A stretch of 64,000 nucleotides of DNA. Source: Verrucomicrobiota bacterium (GTDB lineage: Bacteria; Verrucomicrobiota; Verrucomicrobiia; Limisphaerales; JADLHS01). Location of the stretch: NCBI GenBank assembly GCA_025350905.1, contig JANXWY010000096.1:1919-65918 (forward strand). Reading direction: 5' to 3'. Both the position numbers and the translations under genes were made by a program. Shown piece after piece: positions 45,461 through 54,535 of this stretch. Within the stretch, counting starts at the first letter, position 1, and every line of letters starts with the position of its first letter. Under the pieces are notes generated by a model. It was not told the DNA's origin, searched no databases, and worked only from the letters and a program-made list of their open reading frames with translations.

Positions 45461-46213
45461 ATGAGCGCAATCCCCACAATTTTACCAACCCTTTCGACAA
45501 CCAAGCGCTGGCTCGCGGCTCTGGCGGCGGGCCTTTTGGCCGCCCAAGGGACCGCCCAGGAGGCGGACGCCCTCAAAACCGAAAAGGCCCGGGAAAGTTA
45601 TGCCATCGGGGTCGACATGGCGAAGAACATCCGCGGTCGGGCGGTGGACGTTGAAGTCGAGCCGCTGCTTAAGGGTATGCAGGATGTTTTCTCCGGTGGC
45701 AAGTTGCTCATGTCCGACGCGGATATCCGGCAAACCTTGCGTAACTGGAACGAAGCGTTGCGGAACAAGCGGGTGCCGACCACCGCAACCGTTGCCGGGA
45801 CTGTAGCCGAGGAAAATCTGGCTAAAGGAGCGGCGTTCATGGCGAAGAACCGGACGAACGCGGGCGTGGTGACACTGCCAAGCGGTCTGCAGTACCTGAT
45901 TCTCAGAGCCGGTGCCGGCCCAAAGCCTGCCTTAGGCGATATGGTGGAGTGCCATCAGAAGAGCATGTTTATCGACGGCAAGGAATACAACAGCACCTAC
46001 CTCGCCGGGACCCCTGCCATTCTAAAGGTCGGCGAAGCCGTTGCCGCTTGGAAGGAGGCGCTTCCACTCATGCCGGTGGGGTCGAAGTGGCGGCTCTTCA
46101 TCCCGCCTCAACTCGCCTATGGGGAAAAGGGAGTGCTCGACGGCCGGGGGCGCACCAAAATCGGACCGAACACTACGCTGATCTGTGAGCTGGACCTACT
46201 CGCGATCAAATAA
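45461..46213 (+). CDS. FKBP-type peptidyl-prolyl cis-trans isomerase (FkpA/Mip-like, periplasmic)
   Basis: Signal peptide, helical N-domain, FKBP core 'GLQYLILRAGAGPKPALGDMVECHQKSMFIDGKEYNSTY', 'WRLFIPPQLAYGEKG'. Confidence 0.85.
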   Translation: MSAIPTILPTLSTTKRWLAALAAGLLAAQGTAQEADALKTEKARESYAIGVDMAKNIRGRAVDVEVEPLLKGMQDVFSGGKLLMSDADIRQTLRNWNEALRNKRVPTTATVAGTVAEENLAKGAAFMAKNRTNAGVVTLPSGLQYLILRAGAGPKPALGDMVECHQKSMFIDGKEYNSTYLAGTPAILKVGEAVAAWKEALPLMPVGSKWRLFIPPQLAYGEKGVLDGRGRTKIGPNTTLICELDLLAIK

Positions 46214-46314
46214 TGCTGGCCGCAGAGAATGTTGACTCGACAAACAAATATAGGAATCGAATTAAACGGCTTCAAGTCCGTTGTACCTAAACCACCAATT
46301 GGAAATCCTGAGTT

Positions 46315-47340
46315 ATGAAAAACATCCTTTGTAATTCCGTGGCAAAGATAGGGCGTTCCGCGTCTTTCCTCACGCTCGTTGCTCTTTGGATGGCAAACGC
46401 TGCTTTCGCCCAGACCGTGACCTTCGATTTTGATGCCGCCACCCCGGTTCTGGCCACGGGCCAAAACGTGCCCTTTGACCAGACCGTTGGGGGAATTAGC
46501 GCGCACTTTAGCGCGAGTGCCGGCGGATTTTCGGCCCAAAATCAAAATAGTACGTTCCTTAACCTTTCGCAGTTTTCTGGTAACTATCTCTATCCTAACG
46601 GGGCCGACAACGGAGTCCTAGTCATCACCTTCCGCCAGCCGATCACCAACCTGGCGATGGATTTCTCCACCTCCGAGGTGCCAGCGATTGAAAATCCCAC
46701 GCCGATCCGGTTGACCGCCTACACGAACTCGACCAGCACAACTCCGGTGGGCTCGACCACCAAGGCCGGCACCTATTTCGGGGTTAATTCCCAGCCGATG
46801 GGTACGCTCCTTTTCAATTCGACGACGCCGTTCGACGTCGTGAAGCTCAATATCGAACCTGGCGGGGCGACGGGTTTCTCACTGGATAATATTAGCGTCA
46901 CCGTACCTGCTGGAATCCAGTACGCGATCCTGACCACTTCCTCCCAGGTCAATGGCGGGACGACGACCGGTGACGGCACTTACCTCAACGGCGCGCCGGT
47001 CACCGTCGTCGCCATCCCCAACCTCGACTATGCGTTCGTGAACTGGACGGACAATGGGGTGGAGGTTGCCACTTCGCCCAGCTACAGCTTCACGGCCAGC
47101 GCCGACCGGACTTTGATCGCCAATTTTACGCCGCAGTTGCGGATCGCTCTCGCTGCCGACGGCGCCGTGGTCCTCACGTGGCCCGGGCCCTCGACGGGAT
47201 ACTTGCTGCAGCAGAATGCAACTTGCGCCCAACTCAATTGGTCTGCCACGACCAACACGGTCAGCGTCGTGGGGGATCAAAACCAGGTGACTCTACTTTC
47301 GCCGACCGGGAACTGCTTTTATCGGCTAGTTCATCCCTGA
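46315..47340 (+). CDS. Secreted hypothetical protein with InlB-B-repeat-like domain and C-terminal FYR[LV] module
   Basis: Signal peptide 'LTLVALWMANAAFA'. 'GGTTTGDGTYLNGAPVTVVAIPNLDYAFVNWTDNG..YSFTASADRTLIANF'. Ends 'GNCFYRLVHP'. Confidence 0.6.
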   Translation: MKNILCNSVAKIGRSASFLTLVALWMANAAFAQTVTFDFDAATPVLATGQNVPFDQTVGGISAHFSASAGGFSAQNQNSTFLNLSQFSGNYLYPNGADNGVLVITFRQPITNLAMDFSTSEVPAIENPTPIRLTAYTNSTSTTPVGSTTKAGTYFGVNSQPMGTLLFNSTTPFDVVKLNIEPGGATGFSLDNISVTVPAGIQYAILTTSSQVNGGTTTGDGTYLNGAPVTVVAIPNLDYAFVNWTDNGVEVATSPSYSFTASADRTLIANFTPQLRIALAADGAVVLTWPGPSTGYLLQQNATCAQLNWSATTNTVSVVGDQNQVTLLSPTGNCFYRLVHP

Positions 47341-47366
47341 TCCCCAATCGTTGACGAAGTCTGATT

Positions 47367-48005
47367 ATGAACTCTCAACCGCCCGCCAATCGAATCCGCC
47401 CGGGCATCATTCTGCTGGTGACCTGCGTTCTGGCGGCCGTCCTAATCCCTATCGCGATATCCATATTCCGTCGGACCAAACCCCCAGTCACCAGTGAAAT
47501 TGAGATGCCGCTGTCGATCGCGGAACCGATGGCCGAAACGCCAGCGGTGGCGCCAGAGGTGAGCGCAGAACCAAGAGCTGCCACGAACGTGACCGCTCCC
47601 GTCCTGTCCGTCGCATTGGAAGAAAAGTGGGGTATTCAGGTCTCCAGCATTCGCCTGATGAGGTCCGATTCGGCCGTGGACGTGCGCTACCGAGTCGTCG
47701 TTCCCGAGAAGCTGGCATTGTTGGCCGATGATTCGGACCGGGCTTATCTGATTGACCAGGCCACGGGCACGAAGCTCCAGATGCTTGCGCCCTCCGAGGG
47801 GGAAACTTCGACCGCGAATGTGCGCTCACGGTCCATGATGAAGATGATGCACCTAGCCGGTGCCTTTCCGCCGCCTGCGGCGAAGGTCACCGAAGGAGGA
47901 TTGTATTCGGTCCTCCTGCCCAATTGGGGCGGAGCGTTGAAAACCGGAAGCAAGGTGGTCCTGGTCGTTGGCGATTTGCGAACCGAGGATTTGACGGTGG
48001 AATAA
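47367..48005 (+). CDS. Membrane-anchored periplasmic hypothetical protein with Met-rich motif
   Basis: TM 'IILLVTCVLAAVLIPIAISIF'. 'RSRSMMKMMH' Met cluster. 5 nt upstream of the adaptor gene. Confidence 0.5.
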   Translation: MNSQPPANRIRPGIILLVTCVLAAVLIPIAISIFRRTKPPVTSEIEMPLSIAEPMAETPAVAPEVSAEPRAATNVTAPVLSVALEEKWGIQVSSIRLMRSDSAVDVRYRVVVPEKLALLADDSDRAYLIDQATGTKLQMLAPSEGETSTANVRSRSMMKMMHLAGAFPPPAAKVTEGGLYSVLLPNWGGALKTGSKVVLVVGDLRTEDLTVE

Positions 48006-48010
48006 ATTTT

Positions 48011-50221
48011 ATGAGCGTGAAATCACGAGCGATCTTGCTCGGCTGCTTCCTGATGGTTATTGGCCTTGGCGTGATCGCATACGCGGTGGTGACGAACGTC
48101 TCGGGTCACCTCGTTAAGACGGGAGAGCGCAAAGTCGGCTTCTATCAGGACTCGATGCATCCTTGGATCAAGTCCGACCATCCCGGAAAATGCACGATTT
48201 GCGCGATGGACCTTACGCCGATTTACGACGGGCAAGTTGGTTTCGGTGCCGGCGGAAATCTCGTCGTCATGACCTCCAACCAGATCACGGTCTTGAATGT
48301 TCAGACGGAGGAAGTCAAACACCGTGCGCTCCATCGCAGCTTGCGCGTGGCCGGGACCCTGGAGGTGAATGAGACCAGCAAGACGGTGATCTCGGCACCT
48401 GCCCGCGGTCGGATCGACGCGTTGACCGTTGATTACGCCGGTGTGGAAGTCGCCCGAGGGCAGAAACTGATCACCATGTTCAGCCCCGAGTTGGTGCAAC
48501 TACGGAAGACGCTGCTTGCGGTCCGGCAAAACCCCCAAAAAGGAGCGAGTAACAGCGTGGCCCCGGCGAGCGCGGATGCGGGTATCTACACCGGCGATAT
48601 TCTGGCGCCGCAATCGGGCGTGGTACTCGAGCGGAATGTTTACACGGGCCAGTATGTGGCCGAAGGCGACCGGCTGCTGACGATCGTGGACGCGTCGACC
48701 TTATGGTTCCGGTTTGACGTGTATCAGGATCAATTGCCTTGGTTTGAAATTGGCCAGCCCATCGAGGTCGAGGTGTCCGGACTTCCCGGCCAAGTATTCG
48801 TGGGCGTGATTTCTTTTGTCGATCCGAATTTCAACGAAACCACGCGCACGGTCAAGGTGCGGGCCGATATCCGCAATCCACTCGTGGAGAGCAAGGGCCA
48901 CCAGCGGCGCCAGCTGAAATATGGGATGTACGCCGAAGGCCATGTGCGGTCAGAGTCACCCGCGACCTTGGTCATTCCCCGGACCGCCGTGCTTTCTCCG
49001 GGTGATGCCTCTTACGCTTATGTCGAAAAAGGCAGCGGCGCCTACGAGCGGCGGCGATTGAAGCTGGGTCGGCAAGGCGACGAGTATTGGGAAGTGCTGA
49101 AAGGATTGGCGGAAGGCGAAAGCGTGGTTACCTCCGGCAATATGTTGCTGGATGCTCAGGCCCAATTCAGCCTCGGGGACGGCTCCAGTCCGGCGGCGAC
49201 CGAGGAAACTGCCAGCCTGGAAACGTCTGGTCCACCAGGGCTCGAGGCGGAGGCCATGCGCCATCCCGCTGAGGTCGCCAACGATCCCATCGCCAACCAG
49301 GTGAATGAAATATCGGATGTGGCAGGGGGTGAGTCTTTGATGGCGATCGTTGAAGAGCCAACTCTGATTGCACCGCGAGCGGTAATTCGGCAAGCGGCCG
49401 CAGGGCGAAGTGAAAGGATGAGTGCCATGATGTCCCCGGGGGCGGAGTTGCAAATGATTCGGCGGGCCGCCATCCTTGAGGAACGTGCCAAGGCCGGCGC
49501 GAGTGTGCCCCAGCCGGCAGCCGCGACGGCCCAACCGCTCCTGATCGCTACGGCCACCCCGCCCCGCCCCCGCGAGGTGGAGGCGACACCGGCCGCCGCA
49601 CCTGGAACCGAAGCTGAGCCGATAATAACCACCGAACCCGCAGACCAAGTTGTCGCACCTCCGTCAAACCTGATGCGCACGCATCGCGAGGTGGATGCGA
49701 TCCGTCGGACCACGAGCGCGGAGATGCGGGAGATGCGCATGGCCGCCCTGGCCGCGGCCAGCCCGCAAAAAGCGAGCGCGGTGACCTTGCTGAGCAGCGT
49801 CCAACGGGAGTTGTTGCAGGGCTTTCTCGCCGAAGCCGGCGACGTAAGTCAGGCTTTGGCCGCCGACGATCTTGCGGGCTTCAACGCGGAGTGGACCAAA
49901 CTTTCCGGCCTGTTGCCGCCGCTCACCGATGCCTGCGCGATCGCGCCGACCCTAAACCCACTGCTCCAACGCCTCGCGGCCGCTCCGTGGGAAGCGGGTC
50001 GGGACCTGGCAACGGCCCGGACCCAATTCCTGCCCGTCAGTACGACGGTGGTGGAGCTGGCCAAACAGCTGCGAAAACAAACCGCGGCCGGAGCCAGCCT
50101 GAAGATTTACCATTGTCCCATGGCGCCCGCGCCCGGCGTTTGGCTGCAAGCCAAGGGCCCGTTGCGCAATCCCTACTTCGGCGCCAAGATGTTGGGCTGC
50201 GGTGAAGAAGTGATGCCCTAA
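48011..50221 (+). CDS. Efflux periplasmic adaptor (CusB/HlyD-like MFP) with N-terminal heavy-metal-binding domain and C-terminal DUF3347-like domain
   Basis: ATG at 48011. TM anchor; 'HPGKCTICAMDL'; hybrid/barrel strings 'GRIDALTVDYAGVEVARGQKLITMFSPEL', 'YVEKGSGAYERRRLKLGRQGDEYWEVLKGLAEGESVVTSGNMLLDAQ'. Long Ala/Pro linker; 'YHCPMAP..NPYFGAKMLGCGE'. Confidence 0.75.
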   Translation: MSVKSRAILLGCFLMVIGLGVIAYAVVTNVSGHLVKTGERKVGFYQDSMHPWIKSDHPGKCTICAMDLTPIYDGQVGFGAGGNLVVMTSNQITVLNVQTEEVKHRALHRSLRVAGTLEVNETSKTVISAPARGRIDALTVDYAGVEVARGQKLITMFSPELVQLRKTLLAVRQNPQKGASNSVAPASADAGIYTGDILAPQSGVVLERNVYTGQYVAEGDRLLTIVDASTLWFRFDVYQDQLPWFEIGQPIEVEVSGLPGQVFVGVISFVDPNFNETTRTVKVRADIRNPLVESKGHQRRQLKYGMYAEGHVRSESPATLVIPRTAVLSPGDASYAYVEKGSGAYERRRLKLGRQGDEYWEVLKGLAEGESVVTSGNMLLDAQAQFSLGDGSSPAATEETASLETSGPPGLEAEAMRHPAEVANDPIANQVNEISDVAGGESLMAIVEEPTLIAPRAVIRQAAAGRSERMSAMMSPGAELQMIRRAAILEERAKAGASVPQPAAATAQPLLIATATPPRPREVEATPAAAPGTEAEPIITTEPADQVVAPPSNLMRTHREVDAIRRTTSAEMREMRMAALAAASPQKASAVTLLSSVQRELLQGFLAEAGDVSQALAADDLAGFNAEWTKLSGLLPPLTDACAIAPTLNPLLQRLAAAPWEAGRDLATARTQFLPVSTTVVELAKQLRKQTAAGASLKIYHCPMAPAPGVWLQAKGPLRNPYFGAKMLGCGEEVMP

Positions 50222-50426
50222 ACGCGGTGCTCGAGCCGGCAGACTTCGAATCAAGGACACGTTTGAGTGGTTGCTGCGCGATCGTATCCAAGTGTGGTCG
50301 GGGACGTGCCGGGCAACGGCGAGGACGCTCCATGCCGAAGTATTGCGTCCTGAATTTGGGCCGGCGCATCACTTTCACGGTTTAGTTTTGTTTGATTTTT
50401 TGCCGGGCTTTTAACTAGCTTTCGGC

Positions 50427-51239
50427 ATGAATTGGTTCTACGCCATTGCCGGCCAACAAGCCGGCCCGGTTACCGATGCGCAACTGGACGAACTCCTCCG
50501 CTCCGGCAAAATCCATCCGGACACCGTTGTCTGGCGTGAAGGCATGGCGGACTGGCAGCGATTGGACCTCGCCCGCCCTGCCGCGCCGCCGCCGAAGAAT
50601 TCCGACGCTCAGCCCGGCGTGACGTGTGTCGAGTGCGGAAAGAATTTTCCATCGAGTGAAGTCATCCTCCTCAACCGCTCGTGGGTGTGCGCCGCTTGCA
50701 AACCGCTTTTTCTCCAGCGCCTCCGCGAAGGCGCGGCCCCAACCGGGGCCGCAGAAAATTTGTGGCGGACAAAGAACCAGATCGTCACGCGTTCCGAAGC
50801 GCCGTTCCCCGATCGTTGCGTGCGTTGCAACGCCCCGGCAAACGGCTACCGACTCAAGCGTCAGCTTTATTGGCATCCGCCGGCCTATTACCTGTTCATC
50901 CTGCTCAACCTCTTGATCTACGCCATCGTTGCCTTGTGCGTCCGCAAAAAAGCCACCGTGCACATCGGGCTATGTGAGAAACATCGCTCCCGTCGCAAGA
51001 CGGGTATCGCCGTCGGTTGGCTGGGCGCGTTGGGCGGAGTCGGAATGATTGTGGGTGGCGCGGTTGGCGAATCGGGGCTTCTGGCGGTACTGGGCATCGT
51101 GCTTTTGCTGGGCGGGTTGATTTGGGTCGGCCTCACTGGCGCCCGGGTATCCCCGGCGAAGATCACCAAAGACAACCTCTGGCTCAAAGGCGCGAGCAAA
51201 GCCTTCCTCGCTGAACTCCCCGAATGGCCGGGGCCTTGA
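50427..51239 (+). CDS. GYF_2 (DUF4339) domain membrane protein with zinc-ribbon-like segments
   Basis: 'MNWFYAIAGQQAGPVTDAQLDELLRSGKIHPDTVVWREGMADWQRL'. 'CVECGK..CAACK'. Three C-terminal TM helices. Confidence 0.7.
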   Translation: MNWFYAIAGQQAGPVTDAQLDELLRSGKIHPDTVVWREGMADWQRLDLARPAAPPPKNSDAQPGVTCVECGKNFPSSEVILLNRSWVCAACKPLFLQRLREGAAPTGAAENLWRTKNQIVTRSEAPFPDRCVRCNAPANGYRLKRQLYWHPPAYYLFILLNLLIYAIVALCVRKKATVHIGLCEKHRSRRKTGIAVGWLGALGGVGMIVGGAVGESGLLAVLGIVLLLGGLIWVGLTGARVSPAKITKDNLWLKGASKAFLAELPEWPGP

Positions 51240-51743
51240 TGCGCAGGATCGCCCTGGCCAGCCGGGGCTGATGCGTGCCTCGGCGCCAGCGTGCGGTCCG
51301 CGGAACCCTGAAGCTTGGAATCTTAAATCCGAAAGGGATGTAGCTTGGGTCAAAAAAAAGGGCTCTGGCAGTGCTTGTATCACCACCAGAGCTGGACCCG
51401 AATGTAAGGCCATCGTGAAACGAACAGACACCCGAGCCCGCGGAGACTCTTCCAACGAAACGGTCATTTCTCAAGACCGGGACAAACCCGAGTCCGCCGC
51501 CCCGGAATATCCACTGGGCCGGGAAAAAGCCCCGGCAGTTGCCGCCGCGCGGTCCTTCGCGCGGCCGCGAATTTCCCTGCGTTGGAATGGCGCCCGCAGC
51601 TCCGGGCCGTCTGGGATCGTAGCCATTGCGAAACTCAATCCATCACGTCGAAATGGCGCCCCGCCCGGTCTTCGATCCGCTTTTGTTCGGCCGGCCTGCC
51701 CCAACGGGGCTGCATCATCCAGCCCAGGGTTGGCGCGCAGCGA

Positions 51744-52025
51744 CTAACCGAGCGCCTGCTGCATCCCATCGCCCACCGAATGGTTGTTATCCTTCACTTC
51801 GATGACGGCGAGCGGGAGGTTGGGCTGGTAGTTCAACAGAAAATCGGCCCGCTTGGCTTCGCCCCGGCGATGGGTGCGACCCGACACGATTACACGGCCC
51901 TTGGTCAGACTGACCTCCTCGCGGATCTGCGTCTGCCCGTCCCAACCGGCCTTGACCAGCGCCGGCATGATGAACTTGGTGCAGATGTCGCGCTCGCTCA
52001 GGGCTTGTTTCTCGGCCGAGGTCAT
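51744..52025 (-). pseudogene. Type I restriction enzyme HsdR N-terminal-domain fragment (93 codons, probable gene remnant)
   Basis: 'SERDICTKFIMPALVKAGWDG..KGRVIV..RADFLLNY..PLAVIEVKDNNHSVGDGMQQALG' matches the HsdR N-terminal nuclease-domain pattern. The ORF then stops where helicase motifs should follow. Confidence 0.55.
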
Positions 52026-52338
52026 AGCGCAACTCCGGCGGACGGACGCCGGCACGTCATGGGGATGAGCCCCAACGCGGTCACGGAATCCAGCTCGGCA
52101 AAAGGGTCGCCATGCGCGTGGAATTGATCGGTGGTGGTGCCGGGGTCTTTTTCCTCAGGGACGATCCAGTACATGGCGTTCGCGTGGATAGTATGACGGG
52201 AACGGTTTTAGGCAAAGGACTTCGTTTTGCTTCTGCGCCAGGCGCGAGCCGCTGCGGCGCCCGGCTACGACGGGACGTCATGACTTTGGCTTTTCGGAAG
52301 GAGCAAACAAGGATGAAACCCTTGATCCAATTGAAGAA

Positions 52339-52413
52339 TGGTGCGCGATACAGGGTTCGAACCTGTGACCCCTACCGTGTCAAGGTAATGCTCTACCACT
52401 GAGCTAACCGCGC
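52339..52413 (-). tRNA. tRNA-Val (anticodon GAC), CCA encoded
   Basis: Cloverleaf read by hand: acceptor GCGCGGT/ATCGCGC, D arm GCTC-AGTGGTA-GAGC, anticodon arm TTACC-TTGACAC-GGTAG, variable GGGTC, T arm ACAGG-TTCGAAC-CCTGT, discriminator A, CCA. Confidence 0.9.
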
Positions 52414-53375
52414 ACTCCGAATCGACGCTCACTAACTTCTTCAGTTTAAGCGTCATGGTGAAAGTATCCGAGAAAATGGCGGCTCGCGCAACTTGATTCT
52501 AAACGGTGATGTTAGGCACTTTGTTAGACACTCGGTAATGCTCCGGCAGCAGCGCCCACCAACGCCCGCGACTGGCGCTGCATATCACCCCGCCAACTTG
52601 GGCCGCAACCCCGCGCCGGTCGAGCGTGGGCCGTCGCACGAGTGCCGCGACCACAGCCGATTGCTCCACTGCTCGGAAACAAGCCAGCCAAGCGCACAGC
52701 ATTGAGTGTCGGGCGCAAGTGTGTCATTTGATGTTGACTGCTTTCCATCAGCGGCAAATCCGACGACGATGAGACTCCACACTAGGGATATGATGCTGAC
52801 AGTTCGCCAGCTTCGCTTACGACGCAGCAGGAGTGGCAATAGAAGCTCAAGGTAGCCAAGCGCGACATCACTTTCACGCAGTATCCATGGGCTGTCTATG
52901 GTGTTCTTGGTATTCAATGTTGACAGCCCAACTAACTATGTAGACACGCTGCAAGATGCCGGACGGCTGCGTAGCCACAAATATCAGCGATCTTTTCGCG
53001 TTGTTGTTTACATCGCGTAAAATCACTTCCGATCAATAAACACAGCACACTTGTCGCTGTTGCAGCTTCACAACGTCATCTTACGTTCAAATAATTCCAA
53101 AAAACTTCCCTCACCTGCTGAAATTATCAGTTCTCTCCAGATGACGAGCTTCTACGCCATGTTGGCGTGGGTCGTTATCGGTGATGAAAACGATAGTAAA
53201 TGCACACAGTTTGACCGGGCCGGGCCGCGCCCTTCGGGGACTGGCTGGACACCCAGCCGTTTCATCCGCGTTCTCGGTGCGGTCGCTTCATCCAAAATTC
53301 CACGCCGCGCCAACGCCCGCCGCGACGTGGTTCCAGTCGGCGCGGGTAACAACAAACAAAAAGAAAGGCATCACT

Positions 53376-53687
53376 ATGTTCGTCAATGAAACCCAAATGG
53401 AGATCGAAAAGTTCAAGTCTACGAGGGTCACCAATCAGGCCGTCTACGAAACTGCGTTCAGCATTGGAATAGATGTCCTGAATCACATCGCGAAGAACCT
53501 CGTCGCGCAGGACGAGCCACGTTTTGAGGACGATGGCACGCTTACTGTACAAGCGCAGGACGAGTTGTTAAACTTCGGTATCGACGGGTTCAACGATGTC
53601 CTGAATCACGCCTTGGTGTCGGGTTGGATCGACGCCGAGGTAGTGAACGAAGCCCGCAAGGAACTTGGCCTCGATCCCATCGCCTGA
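53376..53687 (+). CDS. Small highly acidic hypothetical protein
   Basis: ATG at 53376 preceded by aagaaagg. 19 Asp/Glu versus 7 Lys/Arg in 103 aa. Internal repeat 'GIDVLNHIAKNLV' / 'GFNDVLNHALVSG'. Confidence 0.5.
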   Translation: MFVNETQMEIEKFKSTRVTNQAVYETAFSIGIDVLNHIAKNLVAQDEPRFEDDGTLTVQAQDELLNFGIDGFNDVLNHALVSGWIDAEVVNEARKELGLDPIA

Positions 53688-53747
53688 CGAACCTCCGCGT
53701 TGCGCACCACACCCGGTGCGCAGCGTGGACTTCACAAACTGAGAGTT

Positions 53748-54212
53748 ATGAATACCAACTCAGATAGCAATTATCTCCCGCCACGCCGTGGCCGCACCAC
53801 CGAACAACCAGCGTCCGATCTGCCGCGTCGCTCTCCGCCCGTCGAGCGACCCGATACTGTCGCCGACCTCCTTCGCCAACAAGTCCCCGAGGGCACAATG
53901 GGAGGGGGAGTCTCGATCCGAGAATGGTTGCTAGACCAAGCGTGGGAATGGACTGACAAACATATTGTACCAGTAAACCGGGAGGCTGAACACGCAGACT
54001 CGGCCCTTGAGTTCGCCTCTGTGGTTGCGTTCCGGAGCGGCGTCGAACTCGCTTGCCATGTAATGGAGCGCGGCAAGCTTGACAGAACTTTCGGAAAGCG
54101 GTGGCGACAACTCTTGTCCGCAGCCAAGCGGGATGTCGAGCGGTGGCGGGCTGAAGAAGCCGAGCAACCGGGCCAGCGTGCCGACTCCGCTGCGCACCAC
54201 CCGTCAGTGTAA
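53748..54212 (+). CDS. Hypothetical protein
   Basis: ATG at 53748 after gagag. 154-aa ORF with no recognisable motif. Same strand and spacing as its neighbours. Confidence 0.4.
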   Translation: MNTNSDSNYLPPRRGRTTEQPASDLPRRSPPVERPDTVADLLRQQVPEGTMGGGVSIREWLLDQAWEWTDKHIVPVNREAEHADSALEFASVVAFRSGVELACHVMERGKLDRTFGKRWRQLLSAAKRDVERWRAEEAEQPGQRADSAAHHPSV

Positions 54213-54535
54213 ACAACACCGATTACCTCACAATGCAAGACCCAACACGCAGTGCTCCTGCGCTGTATACAGCGCAGGAGTCCGACGATGAAAATGCGCG
54301 ATGCGGCCACGAGTGAAAATGTTGAGTGACGGTTGTAGTTAGATCAGCGGATTGAAGACCCGCGTTAAAAGAATGAAGCACCATTCAATTTATGGCGGGC
54401 GTCCCGAAAGGGCGTCGGGCTGCTTCATTCCCCGGTCTTCAAGCCCGCCAACCTTTTTGCTGGCAAAGCAAAACTTCCAACGTTCCCCTCACCCTGCTCA
54501 TTCAATGCGCAGCGCACCCTCCACCTTCGCACGCT

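Noticed and set aside
52339-52413. Classical 3'-end tRNA integration as the explanation for the right-hand island
   Set aside because: The tRNA is on the minus strand, so its 3' end faces left. The island abuts the 5' end, and I saw no direct repeat of the tRNA 3' half within the window. The tRNA is kept only as a boundary marker.
52585-52917. 110-aa minus-strand ORF (and 53051..53389 plus strand) in the gene-poor leader of the island
   Set aside because: There is no start context, no motifs and an odd composition. Coding cannot be excluded but is not supported.
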